Source: a virus
Taxonomy: Duplodnaviria > Caudoviricetes
Virus record (IMG/VR): IMGVR_UViG_3300012682_000013
Location: 1 to 29,367 of that record
Strand: one strand, 5' to 3'
DNA length: 29,367 nucleotides
Positions 6,895 to 15,408 of this stretch are shown here, in pieces. A model generated the notes under the pieces. It had not been told where the DNA came from. It did no database searches and saw only the letters and a program-made list of their open reading frames with translations. The position numbers and the translations under genes are program-made. Position 1 is the first letter of the stretch, and each line of letters starts with the position of its first letter.

Positions 6895-7220
6895 CCGCCG
6901 CCACGGCCATCCTCATCTGCAGCTTCGGCGCCGTCCTCGGCTGGGTCGCCGCCCGCTTCGAGCAGACCGCCCAGGCCGAACGGTGGGCAGAGAAGCGCCC
7001 GCACGGCCCGCCCCGCTCTCACTGCCGGCTCGTCCGTCCCACTGCCCTCTACGACCAGGACAGACCAGATCCCACCGGGGACGCTTACCCCGGTGGTGGC
7101 GGCGTCCCCGGACGGACCCGTGCCCCCACGGCAACCTCCGGCGCCGCCAGCGGCCCGGGAGGCGCCATCACCAGCGCCTCCCGGGCTGCACCAAACCCGC
7201 CCGCACAGTCCGACCGCTAG
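6891..7220 (+). CDS. Hypothetical membrane-anchored protein
   Basis: MTAATAILICSFGAVLGWVAARF N-terminal TM followed by a low-complexity tail. Confidence 0.55.
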   Translation: MTAATAILICSFGAVLGWVAARFEQTAQAERWAEKRPHGPPRSHCRLVRPTALYDQDRPDPTGDAYPGGGGVPGRTRAPTATSGAASGPGGAITSASRAAPNPPAQSDR

Positions 7221-7281
7221 GAGCCCGCATGGACATGCCCACAACTTCGGCGACCCCGCCGACGACCCAGGAAGGAACCTG

Positions 7282-7623
7282 ATGCTGCTCTCCGAACTCC
7301 TCATCACCCAGGACCGGGGGGCGATCGACCGGGAAGCCGGCGCCGCCCTCACCGAGGTCGCCGGAGCGGTCGACGCCCTCGACCGGGCCGGGAGCCTGAC
7401 CGTCGAGCTGAAGCTGTCGAAGCAGGCCGGCCGGATCGTCGTCGTCGCCAACGTCAAGCCGAAGGCGCCGATCGCCCCGTCGGCCGCCGCCCTCTACTTC
7501 GTCGGCAAGGACGGCCTCCAGAAGGACGACCCGAAGCAGCTGACCCTCGAAGGGATGCGCCGCCTCCCCGAGGACGAGGCGCCCCGAACCGTTAACGCCG
7601 ACACCGGGGAGGTGACGGGCTGA
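7282..7623 (+). CDS. YfdP-like hypothetical protein
   Basis: GSLTVELKL...KPKAP...LYFVGKDGLQKDDPKQLTL. GGAAGGA RBS; coupled to the DUF2303-like gene. Confidence 0.75.
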   Translation: MLLSELLITQDRGAIDREAGAALTEVAGAVDALDRAGSLTVELKLSKQAGRIVVVANVKPKAPIAPSAAALYFVGKDGLQKDDPKQLTLEGMRRLPEDEAPRTVNADTGEVTG

Positions 7624-8474
7624 TGGCCGCCGACCACACCCCCATGGGCGACGTCGAGGCGGCGCTTGCCGCGGACCGCTTCATCGAGCACACTCGGCCG
7701 GTTGGGGAAGCGGTCGACCGGATCATCCGCGTCGACGACACCTCGTGTGGGATTAGCGACGTCGAGCGGTGGCAGCCGACGCCGACCCGGGCCCGCGGGA
7801 CCGTCACCGCCCTCACCGGCCCCGGGTTCGCCGCCGCGGTGCAGACGCACATGGAGGTCGAGACCTACGCGGCCGCCATCTACGCCGACGCTGACGCCTG
7901 CCAGCTGGTCGCCGTCCTCAACGACGACTGCGGCGGCATCGTCGGCTGGCGTGACCACCGGGTCCTGCTCGACCTGCGCCCCACCCCCGAATGGAGCCTG
8001 TGGACCAAGGGGGAGGGGTTGGGCAAGCAGGCCCGGTTCGCCGAGACGATCGAGCAGGGTGAAGCCGAGATCGTCCGCCCGTCGGCCACCGAGATGCTCG
8101 ACCTGGCCCAGACGTTCCACGCCAGCATCGCCGCGAAGTTCAAGGCCGGGAACCGGCTCCAGGACGGCCGGCAGCAGCTGGTCTACGAGGAGGACATCCA
8201 GGCGACCGCCGGCAGCGCGGGCACGGCGACGATCCCTTCCGAGTTCGTCGTCGCCCTCCGCCCCTTCCACGGCGCGCAGCGGTACGAGGTCCGGGCCCGC
8301 CTCCGCTTCCTCGTGCGGGGCGGTGAGCTGTCGATCGGCTACTTCCTGCACCGGGCCGAAGACGTGCGCCGCCTCGCGTTCGCCGACGTCGTCGCCAAGG
8401 TGGCAGCACAGGACCTGCCCTCGCTGCCGATGATCGAGGGCCGGCCGGCGGCGCCACCCGAGTCCCGTGGCTGA
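7623..8474 (+). CDS. DUF2303/YfdQ-family protein
   Basis: GWRDHRV.L.L..TPEW..W, QARFAETIE, IPSEF...PFHG..YEVRARLRF. Confidence 0.85.
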   Translation: MAADHTPMGDVEAALAADRFIEHTRPVGEAVDRIIRVDDTSCGISDVERWQPTPTRARGTVTALTGPGFAAAVQTHMEVETYAAAIYADADACQLVAVLNDDCGGIVGWRDHRVLLDLRPTPEWSLWTKGEGLGKQARFAETIEQGEAEIVRPSATEMLDLAQTFHASIAAKFKAGNRLQDGRQQLVYEEDIQATAGSAGTATIPSEFVVALRPFHGAQRYEVRARLRFLVRGGELSIGYFLHRAEDVRRLAFADVVAKVAAQDLPSLPMIEGRPAAPPESRG

Positions 8475-8652
8475 CGTCCTCGTCGTCGAGCGCAACGCGG
8501 GCGGCGTGGTCCCCGGCGGCCGCTGGGCCGCCTACGCCACCGTCGAGGCCGCAAAGGCGTCAGCGATGCGCCGCAACAAGGGCCGCCGCAACCCCCTCGT
8601 CTGGTCGGTGGTCGCTGACGCCGCCGGCACACCGCTGGACCCGCAGCCATGA
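8467..8652 (+). CDS. Hypothetical protein
   Basis: Coupled ORF with phage-like codon usage. Confidence 0.55.
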   Translation: MADVLVVERNAGGVVPGGRWAAYATVEAAKASAMRRNKGRRNPLVWSVVADAAGTPLDPQP

Positions 8653-8671
8653 GCGACCCGGGAGCGGCGGC

Positions 8672-9538
8672 GTGAGCGCCGGACTGCGGCGAATCAATAG
8701 CGGGTCAGGGCACCGCTACACGATCGACGGCCAGAAGGCCATAGGCGTCACGACCGCCATCGGCGATGGGCTGCCGAAGAAGGCGCTCGTCGGTTGGGCC
8801 GGTAAGCGGGTCGGGGAGTATGCGGTCGACCGCCTCGAACTTGACGCCGAAGGTCACGTCACGGCTGATCGGCTTGTCGCCGACCTGCGCGCCTGGAACA
8901 AGACCAGGAAGTGGCCGGAGCGTCTCCAGGGAGACCTGCCGCGTGTCGGCCTCGCCAAGCTCCTCGGCCAGGTGATGTACGCCGAGCGTGACGAGGCTGC
9001 CGTCAGGGGCACTGACGTGCACGACCTCGCGCACCGACTCGGTGAGGGCGAGAAGGTCGACGTGCCCGAGCCGCTCGTCGCCCATGTCGACGCCTACCTC
9101 GCGTGGCTCGACGCATGGGACGTCGAGGTTGAGCTGAGCGAGTTCATCGTCGGTCACCGCCACTGGAACTACGCAGGCACCGGCGACCTCATAGCGACCA
9201 TGGCCGGCGAACGGTGGCTCCTCGATATCAAGACTTCGACCGGCGTCTACGGCGAAACCGGGCTGCAGCTCGCGGCATACGGCAACGCCGAGTTCTTCCT
9301 GGCCGACGACGGGTCCGAGCAGCCGCTCCCCCAGATCGACCGTTACGGCGTCGTGTGGGTTCGTGCGGACGGCGCGGAGCTGGTCCCCTTCGATGTGCGT
9401 CCCGAGGACTTCCGGCAGTTCCTCTACTGCCTTTCGACGGCGCGTTGGGTCGCTGAACGTGATGCCCGCGACGCGCCGAGACCGATCAAAGGTGAGGCAC
9501 TCCGGGTGCCTGCCACAACTGCAGGGAGCCGAACATGA
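8672..9538 (+). CDS. PD-(D/E)XK (Cas4/RecB-like) exonuclease
   Basis: GVTTAI, RGTDVH, YAGTGDL, LLDIKTS, LQLAAY motifs. Confidence 0.85.
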   Translation: MSAGLRRINSGSGHRYTIDGQKAIGVTTAIGDGLPKKALVGWAGKRVGEYAVDRLELDAEGHVTADRLVADLRAWNKTRKWPERLQGDLPRVGLAKLLGQVMYAERDEAAVRGTDVHDLAHRLGEGEKVDVPEPLVAHVDAYLAWLDAWDVEVELSEFIVGHRHWNYAGTGDLIATMAGERWLLDIKTSTGVYGETGLQLAAYGNAEFFLADDGSEQPLPQIDRYGVVWVRADGAELVPFDVRPEDFRQFLYCLSTARWVAERDARDAPRPIKGEALRVPATTAGSRT

Positions 9539-10683
9539 CCGACGTTGTCCGCTATCAGGCGCCGACGAACTGGATCGACGTTCTCGGCCCGGCACATGAG
9601 ATGGCGGCCGCCATCTGCCGCACCGAGTTCGTCCCGAGCGCTCTTAGGAACCGGCCTGAGGCGGTGATGGCGTGCATCCTCGCTGGCGACGCGCTCGGCA
9701 TCCATCCGATGGTCGCCCTCCAGAAGATCCACATCATCGAAGGGAAGCCCGGTCCTGCGGCGGAACTGCAGCGGGCGATGGTCATCGCTCAGGGCCACGA
9801 CATCTGGGAGGAGGAGGTGACGAACACGCGCGTGGTGATGTGCGGCAGGCGGCGCGATTCCGACCACGTCTCGAAGGTCCAGTGGACGATGGATGACGCG
9901 AAGAAGGCGGGGTTGGCCAACAAGCAGAACTGGCAGAAGTACCCACGGGACATGCTGATAGCGAGGGCGAGCAGTCAGCTTTGCCGGCTCCGGTTCCCCG
10001 ACTGCCTGGCTGGGTTGAGCTACTCGGCCGAGGAGCTGGGTGACGGCTTCGGGTTCGATGACCGTTCGGTTGTCGTCGACGCGGATGTGGTCGCCGAGCC
10101 GGAGGCGATCCAGGCGCCCTCGTCCCGGCAGCGGGCGCCGCGGAAGCCCGCTGCGAGACGTGCTGCGGCGTCGGCTCCTGCGGCCGATCCGGTTCCGGCT
10201 TCGTCGCGGCCGATGCCTCCGCTGCCCGGGGAGGATGAGCCGACCGGTGAAATCACCCCGTCGATGAGGGACGACAACTTCGTGGCGATGCGAGCGAAGG
10301 AGGCCGGAGTTGACCACCACGTTGTTGTGAGGGCGGTGACAGCGGGCAGGGCCTCGTCTGCGAAGGATCTCGACGGCGACGAGAAGGCCTTGGTGCTCGC
10401 GGCGATCGGCGATCTGGCTGACGGTCGCCGGGTGCTGTCGTTGACCGACGCGGACCTGCCGTGCCTTGTGGGGCGCGACGAGGGGGCCGATGTTCCGCCG
10501 ACCGATGAGCAGCGGGAGATGTTGTCAGTCGAGCTGGACGCCTTGTCGAAGGAGGCGAAGGAGGCGCTGGCGGCGAGGGTGAAGGGTGTCGTGCCGTCGT
10601 TCCGCGGCGACCGGTTCACGGTGCGCCACCTGTTCCTGACGATGGACAGGCTGCCGCAGGGTGACAAGGCGGTGGCGCCGTGA
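9535..10683 (+). CDS. RecT/Redbeta-like ssDNA annealing protein
   Basis: FVPSALRNRPEAVMACILAG..LGIHPMVALQKIHIIEGKP; WTMDDAKKAGL...WQKYPRDMLIARA. Paired with the exonuclease. Confidence 0.8.
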   Translation: MTDVVRYQAPTNWIDVLGPAHEMAAAICRTEFVPSALRNRPEAVMACILAGDALGIHPMVALQKIHIIEGKPGPAAELQRAMVIAQGHDIWEEEVTNTRVVMCGRRRDSDHVSKVQWTMDDAKKAGLANKQNWQKYPRDMLIARASSQLCRLRFPDCLAGLSYSAEELGDGFGFDDRSVVVDADVVAEPEAIQAPSSRQRAPRKPAARRAAASAPAADPVPASSRPMPPLPGEDEPTGEITPSMRDDNFVAMRAKEAGVDHHVVVRAVTAGRASSAKDLDGDEKALVLAAIGDLADGRRVLSLTDADLPCLVGRDEGADVPPTDEQREMLSVELDALSKEAKEALAARVKGVVPSFRGDRFTVRHLFLTMDRLPQGDKAVAP

Positions 10684-10868
10684 AGTCCGAGTCCGGCCTG
10701 GGCAGTCACATGAAAGAGGAGCACGGGGTCGCCACCGTGATGGTCCCCGAGTCCGTCCACCACCTCCACCGGGCCCTGCACGCCGCAGGCGTCTCACCAC
10801 TTGACGTCCACGACCACGACCACGAGGCCGAGGAACTCGACCGGCTCTACGGGCGGCCGGCGAAATGA
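10680..10868 (+). CDS. His-rich hypothetical protein
   Basis: Coupled ORF; GLGSHMKEEH and HDHDHE. Confidence 0.6.
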   Translation: MKSESGLGSHMKEEHGVATVMVPESVHHLHRALHAAGVSPLDVHDHDHEAEELDRLYGRPAK

Positions 10869-11110
10869 GCGTCTGCCGTTCGTGCCACGCCCCCGTCCTG
10901 TGGGTGGTCACCCAAGCCGGCAAGCGGATGCCGCTCGACGCGGCGCCGACCGACGCCGGCAACGTGATCCGCTATGGCGACGCAGCCCGAGTGCTGACGG
11001 CCGACGAGGTCGCCGCTCGCAGATCGCCCCGTCACGTCGATCCCGGCCCGCTCTACGTGAGCCACTTCACCTCCTGCCCCAACGCCGCCCAGCATCGGAA
11101 GCCGAAGTGA
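10865..11110 (+). CDS. Zn-binding hypothetical phage protein
   Basis: CRSC...W..T..GKRMPLD...YVSHFTSC. Confidence 0.8.
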   Translation: MSVCRSCHAPVLWVVTQAGKRMPLDAAPTDAGNVIRYGDAARVLTADEVAARRSPRHVDPGPLYVSHFTSCPNAAQHRKPK

Positions 11111-11229
11111 CCGCCGTCCTCGCCGCCGTCTGGGAGCTGCTGGCCAACTTCGCCGCCGACCGCATCATCGACCTGCTCACCTTCCTCGGGCCGAACCTGT
11201 ACCGCCTGTTCGCGGGAGAGGCGGCGTGA
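11107..11229 (+). CDS. 40-aa hypothetical protein
   Basis: MTAVLAAVWELLANFAADRIIDLLTFLGPNLYRLFAGEAA; GTGA overlaps at both ends. Confidence 0.55.
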   Translation: MTAVLAAVWELLANFAADRIIDLLTFLGPNLYRLFAGEAA

Positions 11230-11783
11230 CCCCTGTCCTCGGGCTCGACGCCAGCCTCACCTGCACGGGCTGGGCCACCTGGACAGCTGACGGGCTGACC
11301 ACCGGGCGGATCCGGTCGAAGCTGACCGGCGCCGCCCGACGTGCCGAGATCGCATGGGAGGTCGCCTTCCTCATCGAGCGGTCCTTCGACGCCCACCCGC
11401 TCGTTGTGATCGAGGCGGTCCCGACCCGTGGCGCCCGGGCGATCGTCAGTCTCGCCGAACTCCACGGCGTCGTCCTCGACCGGCTCATCGGCGACCCGGT
11501 GCTCCCCGACCGACGGCCGGCCTACCTCGACGCCGACTCGCTCCACACCTACGCGACCGGGTTCCGCAAGGCCACGAAGGCTCAGATGGTCACCGCCGCC
11601 CAGGTCGACCTTGGCTACGCCGGCAAATCTGACGACGAGGCTGACGCCGCCTGGTTGGCCACCGTCGGCCGCCAGCTGCTCGGCGAGACCGGCCCGCTGT
11701 TCACAGCGCAGCGCGCGGCGATCCTCCCGTCGGTCTCCTGGCCTGAGGGCATAAGCCCGATCGTCAGCGGGGCGGCGACATGA
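11226..11783 (+). CDS. RuvC-like Holliday junction resolvase
   Basis: VLGLDASLTCTGWA, VVIE, ATG..KATK, DDEADA acidic motifs. Confidence 0.85.
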   Translation: MTPVLGLDASLTCTGWATWTADGLTTGRIRSKLTGAARRAEIAWEVAFLIERSFDAHPLVVIEAVPTRGARAIVSLAELHGVVLDRLIGDPVLPDRRPAYLDADSLHTYATGFRKATKAQMVTAAQVDLGYAGKSDDEADAAWLATVGRQLLGETGPLFTAQRAAILPSVSWPEGISPIVSGAAT

Positions 11784-12080
11784 CCGAGCAAGAAGATCCC
11801 CGTGGACGGTAAGTGCATCTGTGTGGCCGAACACCGGCCACCGAACCTGTACGTCGACCACCACCACATCGACCCGCTGTTCATGGGCGGCCCCGATGTC
11901 CCCAGCAACAAGATCACCGTCTGCCGGTCCACCCACGACTGGGCCCCACCTCATCCTCCGCACCTTCCAAAAGGCCGGCGGCATCGTGCCCCCGGCAGGA
12001 CGGCTGGCCCCGGTACTCGTACAAAGCTCGCCGTCGACGGCTGGCAACGAACCGTCACCCGACGGAACACCCAGCCGTGA
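11780..12080 (+). pseudogene. HNH endonuclease broken by four +1 frameshifts (pseudogene or sequencing error)
   Basis: Removing one base from each of four short runs gives MTSKKIPVDGKCICVAEHRPPNLYVDHHHIDPLFMGGPDVPSNKITVCRSTHDWAHLILRTFQKAGGIVPRQDGWPRYSYKLAVDGWQRTVTRRNTQP. Confidence 0.7.
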
Positions 12081-12214
12081 CCGCCGCGGCCCGTCTTGCG
12101 GAAGCTGTCCGCCTCCTCCTCGCAGAACTACGAGGCCGAGCCGTCGACCGCCAAATGGCAGTCGACAACGCCCGCGAAGCCCTAGATGAGTGGGACCGGG
12201 AGCAGGGACGTTGA
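12077..12214 (+). CDS. Hypothetical protein
   Basis: MTAAARLAEAVRLLLAELRGR...; GTGA/TTGA coupling. Confidence 0.55.
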   Translation: MTAAARLAEAVRLLLAELRGRAVDRQMAVDNAREALDEWDREQGR

Positions 12215-12474
12215 CCGACATCGTCGAACCGGGACGGCACGTCACCGACACCGGCCGCATCGTCTACAACTGGCCGCCCGAAGGCCGCTTCGCCGACCTG
12301 TGGCGGCGCCTCGTGGTGGCGCTACCCGGCGAGCAGGAGAAGCTCGAGGCCGCCGCTCTGCTGGCCCGGTGGGAGGACGAGGTGGACGCTCGCATCGTCG
12401 CCATCATCGAGGACGACGACGAGGTGGACGTCGAACCCGACTGGAACATGCCGGCCGGCTGGCTCAACCGATGA
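12211..12474 (+). CDS. Hypothetical protein
   Basis: TTG start overlapping the previous stop; acidic C-terminus. Confidence 0.6.
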   Translation: MTDIVEPGRHVTDTGRIVYNWPPEGRFADLWRRLVVALPGEQEKLEAAALLARWEDEVDARIVAIIEDDDEVDVEPDWNMPAGWLNR

Positions 12475-12487
12475 CCGCCGGACCCGC

Positions 12488-12733
12488 ATGACCGACCCCG
12501 GATGGGACGCCTGCCACGGCTCACCCAGACCCCGCATGACCACCCGCGCCGACCACGACAACCAAGAGGCGCAGGCCCACCGCTCCGCCCTCCGCGCCGC
12601 CACCCTGGCCAGGAACGCCGCCGACGCCTACGACTCCGGGCGGATCGGCGACTCGATGGAGATGATCCGCCGGGCCGCCACCCTCGTCCACGAGGCCACC
12701 CAGCGGGCCTGGCCGTTCCTCGAGACCGGATGA
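12488..12733 (+). CDS. Hypothetical protein
   Basis: Helical ORF coupled to dnaB. Start is 12488 or 12536. Confidence 0.55.
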   Translation: MTDPGWDACHGSPRPRMTTRADHDNQEAQAHRSALRAATLARNAADAYDSGRIGDSMEMIRRAATLVHEATQRAWPFLETG

Positions 12734-14145
12734 GCAGCGCCCCGCCGCCCGGCGACCACGACGCCCCCTACGACGACCCGATCCCCATCGCCCGCCACCG
12801 CACCACCCAAGACCAGCGCGTCCCACCCCACGACATGGAAGCCGAAGAAGCACTGCTCGGCGCCATGCTCCTCAACCCCGACGCCACCGCCACCGCCCTC
12901 AACATCCTCACCGGCGACGAGTACTACAAGCCCGCCCACCAAACCATCCACCACGCCATCAGGCGCCTTCACGACCACCAGCAACCCATCGACCCGATCA
13001 CCGTCGCCGACGACCTCCGCCGCCACGACCAGCTCGACCCGATCGGCGGGCCCGGCACCCTCATCGCCCTCCAGATGGCATGCCCAGCCACAGGCAACGC
13101 CGGCCGCTACGCCCGCATCATCTCCGACCTCGACACCTACCGCCGGGCCATCGCCGCCGCCGCCGCCATCACCGAGATCGCCTACGCCGCCCCCGACGAC
13201 CTCGACGGCGCCCTCAGCCACATCGAGCAGGCCACCTACAACCTCCGGCCATCCCAGCACACCGCCGTCGGCACCCGCCAACTCGACACCATCATCCACG
13301 ACGTCGTCAACCGGCTCCTCGAGCGGGCCGAGACCGGCGACCGGATCGACGGTATCGCCACCGGCTGGACCGACCTCGACCACCTCCTCCTCGGCCTCTC
13401 ACCCGGCGACATCACCGTCCTCGGAGCCAGGCCCGGCATGGGCAAGAGCCAGTGGGCGGCCGTCCTCGCCTGGCAGGTCGCCAACGCCGGCCACCCCGTC
13501 CTCTTCGCCTCGCTCGAAATGAAGGCTGAGGAGCTCGGCAAGAGGTGGCTCGGGACCGTCAGCCGGGTGAAGCTCCAAGACCTCCGGGCCGCCGACCTCG
13601 ACGACAGCGACTGGGCGCTCATCAACGCCTCGCTCGCCAGCTTCGAAGGCGTCCCTGTCCACGTCCTCGACAACTACGGGGCCGGCGTCAGCGCCATCGC
13701 CCACGCCGCCCGCAAGATCGGCGTCACCGGCGGCCTCGTCATCGTCGACTACGCCCAGCTCGTCACCCCCGGCACCAAGGGCCTGAACCGGAACAACGAG
13801 GTGGCCGAGATCAGTCGGGCGTTGAAGCTGATGGCCGGCGACCTCGGCTGCCACGTCGTCCTCCTCTCCCAGCTGTCCCGGCAGCTCGAATCGAGAGCCG
13901 ACAAGCGGCCGATGCTGTCCGACCTGCGGGACTCCGGCGCCCTCGAGCAGGACGCCTCGAACGTCATCTTCCTCTACCGGGACGAGGTGTACAGCGGCGC
14001 CTCGTCGCCCGACCGGGGCGTCATGGAAGTGATCGTCGAGAAGCAGCGCAACGGGCCTCAGGGGCGGATCCGCTTGGCGTACGCGGCGACGTTCGGGTTG
14101 ATCCGAGACATCGGCTACCACACCCCAGGAGGAGGGTCACTATGA
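12730..14145 (+). CDS. dnaB: Replicative DNA helicase
   Basis: PPHDMEAEEALLGAML, Walker A GARPGMGKS, IVDYAQL, LSQLSR.LESRADKRPMLSDLRDSGALEQDA, KQRNGP. Confidence 0.95.
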   Translation: MSSAPPPGDHDAPYDDPIPIARHRTTQDQRVPPHDMEAEEALLGAMLLNPDATATALNILTGDEYYKPAHQTIHHAIRRLHDHQQPIDPITVADDLRRHDQLDPIGGPGTLIALQMACPATGNAGRYARIISDLDTYRRAIAAAAAITEIAYAAPDDLDGALSHIEQATYNLRPSQHTAVGTRQLDTIIHDVVNRLLERAETGDRIDGIATGWTDLDHLLLGLSPGDITVLGARPGMGKSQWAAVLAWQVANAGHPVLFASLEMKAEELGKRWLGTVSRVKLQDLRAADLDDSDWALINASLASFEGVPVHVLDNYGAGVSAIAHAARKIGVTGGLVIVDYAQLVTPGTKGLNRNNEVAEISRALKLMAGDLGCHVVLLSQLSRQLESRADKRPMLSDLRDSGALEQDASNVIFLYRDEVYSGASSPDRGVMEVIVEKQRNGPQGRIRLAYAATFGLIRDIGYHTPGGGSL

Positions 14146-14444
14146 GCGTCCACCGGTTCGTTGAGCCCGGCCACGACCGCATCGAGTCGACGGGCGGGCC
14201 AGCCTCCGCGCCGGACCTGCTCCACTACCCAGACGGGACCATCCGGGTCATGCACGTCTGCAAGAGCTGGCCCGACCCCAAGGAACCTGACGGCGAGTTC
14301 GTCAAGGTCATCGCCCCAGCGCTGAGCCCCGGCCATCAGGTGACGTTCGGCCCGGCCCGACGGACGACGGTGTCCCCGTCGATCCTCTGCGCCGACTGCG
14401 GCCTCCACGGGTACGTCACCGACGGCATCTGGCGGTCGGCGTGA
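14142..14444 (+). CDS. Small Cys/His protein (DUF6527-like)
   Basis: TVSPSILCADCGLHGYVTDGIW. GGAGG RBS and ATGA coupling. Confidence 0.7.
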   Translation: MSVHRFVEPGHDRIESTGGPASAPDLLHYPDGTIRVMHVCKSWPDPKEPDGEFVKVIAPALSPGHQVTFGPARRTTVSPSILCADCGLHGYVTDGIWRSA

Positions 14445-14590
14445 GAGCAGCGCACGACTTCGTGAAGCGCTCCTTCAACGTGCTCGATGAGAACGGAAAC
14501 GAGGGCTGTGCTGTCTGCGGGCGAGCACGCGACCTTCACCGGAAGTCGGAGCCCGCCGCTCGGCCGGCCAAAGGCGGGTCACGGGCATGA
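14441..14590 (+). CDS. 49-aa Zn-finger-like peptide (not in the ORF track)
   Basis: MRAAHDFVKRSFNVLDENGNEGCAVCGRARDLHRKSEP...; coupled at both ends. Confidence 0.55.
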   Translation: MRAAHDFVKRSFNVLDENGNEGCAVCGRARDLHRKSEPAARPAKGGSRA

Positions 14591-15408
14591 CCTGGGCGAA
14601 GTTCGAGGACACCTTTCCTCAGCACCCGAAGATCCGCCGCCTCAGCGGCGACGCCTTCAAGCTCCACGTCGCAGCCATCTGCTGGTCGAACCAGTGGCTC
14701 ACCGACGGGCACATCCCCACCGAGCAGATCGACGCCCTCGTGCCCCGGTACAAGCCGGCGATGGTCAACGAGCTCATGAAGGCCAAGCCGGGCGAGAACC
14801 CCCTGTGGGTCATGGTCGAGCACGGCTGGCAGATCCACGGCTACCTCGATTACCAGCCAGCCGCCGAGCAGGTCAAAGCGGAGCGAGCCGTCAACGCCGA
14901 GAGGCAGCGGCGATGGGCTGCGCAGCAGAAGGCCAAGCGTTCTCCTAACGGTGCACCTAACAGCGTTAGTGGTGGCGCTACTAGCCCTGCCACTAACGCA
15001 CGCCCCGGTCCCGGTCCCGGTCCCGTACCCGTAGGTCTTCCTCCTAAGTCCCGTAGTGGTCTCACCCTGGAGGAACGCGAGGCCCAGGGCGGGAACGCTG
15101 AAGCGGAAGACCACCCCACCACCGACCACGGCCGAGACGGCTGGGGCAACCCCGAAGCCACCGGCCCGAACGAGAACCCCGACACCCGCAACCGCCGCCG
15201 CGCACTGGCCATCCGCTGGGCCGAAGTGCTCCGAGACCGAGGCGGACCCGACGACCTCCTCGCCTGCAACCAGGAGATCGCCAACCTCCTCCACCAGGTC
15301 GACGCCCGGATCATCGACGAGCAGATCGGCTGGCAAGCCGACGCCACCGACCCGCCACGCACACCCACCGTCCTCGCCGACGCCGTCCGAAGGATCACCA
15401 GCCGATGA
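14587..15408 (+). CDS. Phage replication initiator-like protein
   Basis: MTWAKFEDTFPQHPKI...WSNQWLTDGHIP...GWQIHGYLDYQP N-terminus typical of actinophage Rep proteins. Next to dnaB. Confidence 0.75.
   Translation: MTWAKFEDTFPQHPKIRRLSGDAFKLHVAAICWSNQWLTDGHIPTEQIDALVPRYKPAMVNELMKAKPGENPLWVMVEHGWQIHGYLDYQPAAEQVKAERAVNAERQRRWAAQQKAKRSPNGAPNSVSGGATSPATNARPGPGPGPVPVGLPPKSRSGLTLEEREAQGGNAEAEDHPTTDHGRDGWGNPEATGPNENPDTRNRRRALAIRWAEVLRDRGGPDDLLACNQEIANLLHQVDARIIDEQIGWQADATDPPRTPTVLADAVRRITSR
14941..15060. repeat. Origin-like tract within the initiator gene
   Basis: CTAAC(G/A) copies, a 10-bp inverted repeat GCGTTAGTGG/CCACTAACGC, and (CCCGGT)3(CCCGTA)2 at 15004-15033. Locally lower GC. Confidence 0.6.

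Noticed and set aside
8672-9538. Cas4-like nuclease as a sign of CRISPR
   Set aside because: No repeat-spacer array or other cas genes; it is paired with a RecT-like gene as a recombination exonuclease.
12502-12729. N-terminal extension of DnaB (547-aa ORF)
   Set aside because: Arg/Pro-rich off-frame reading of the upstream gene; ATG 12730 is coupled to that gene's stop.
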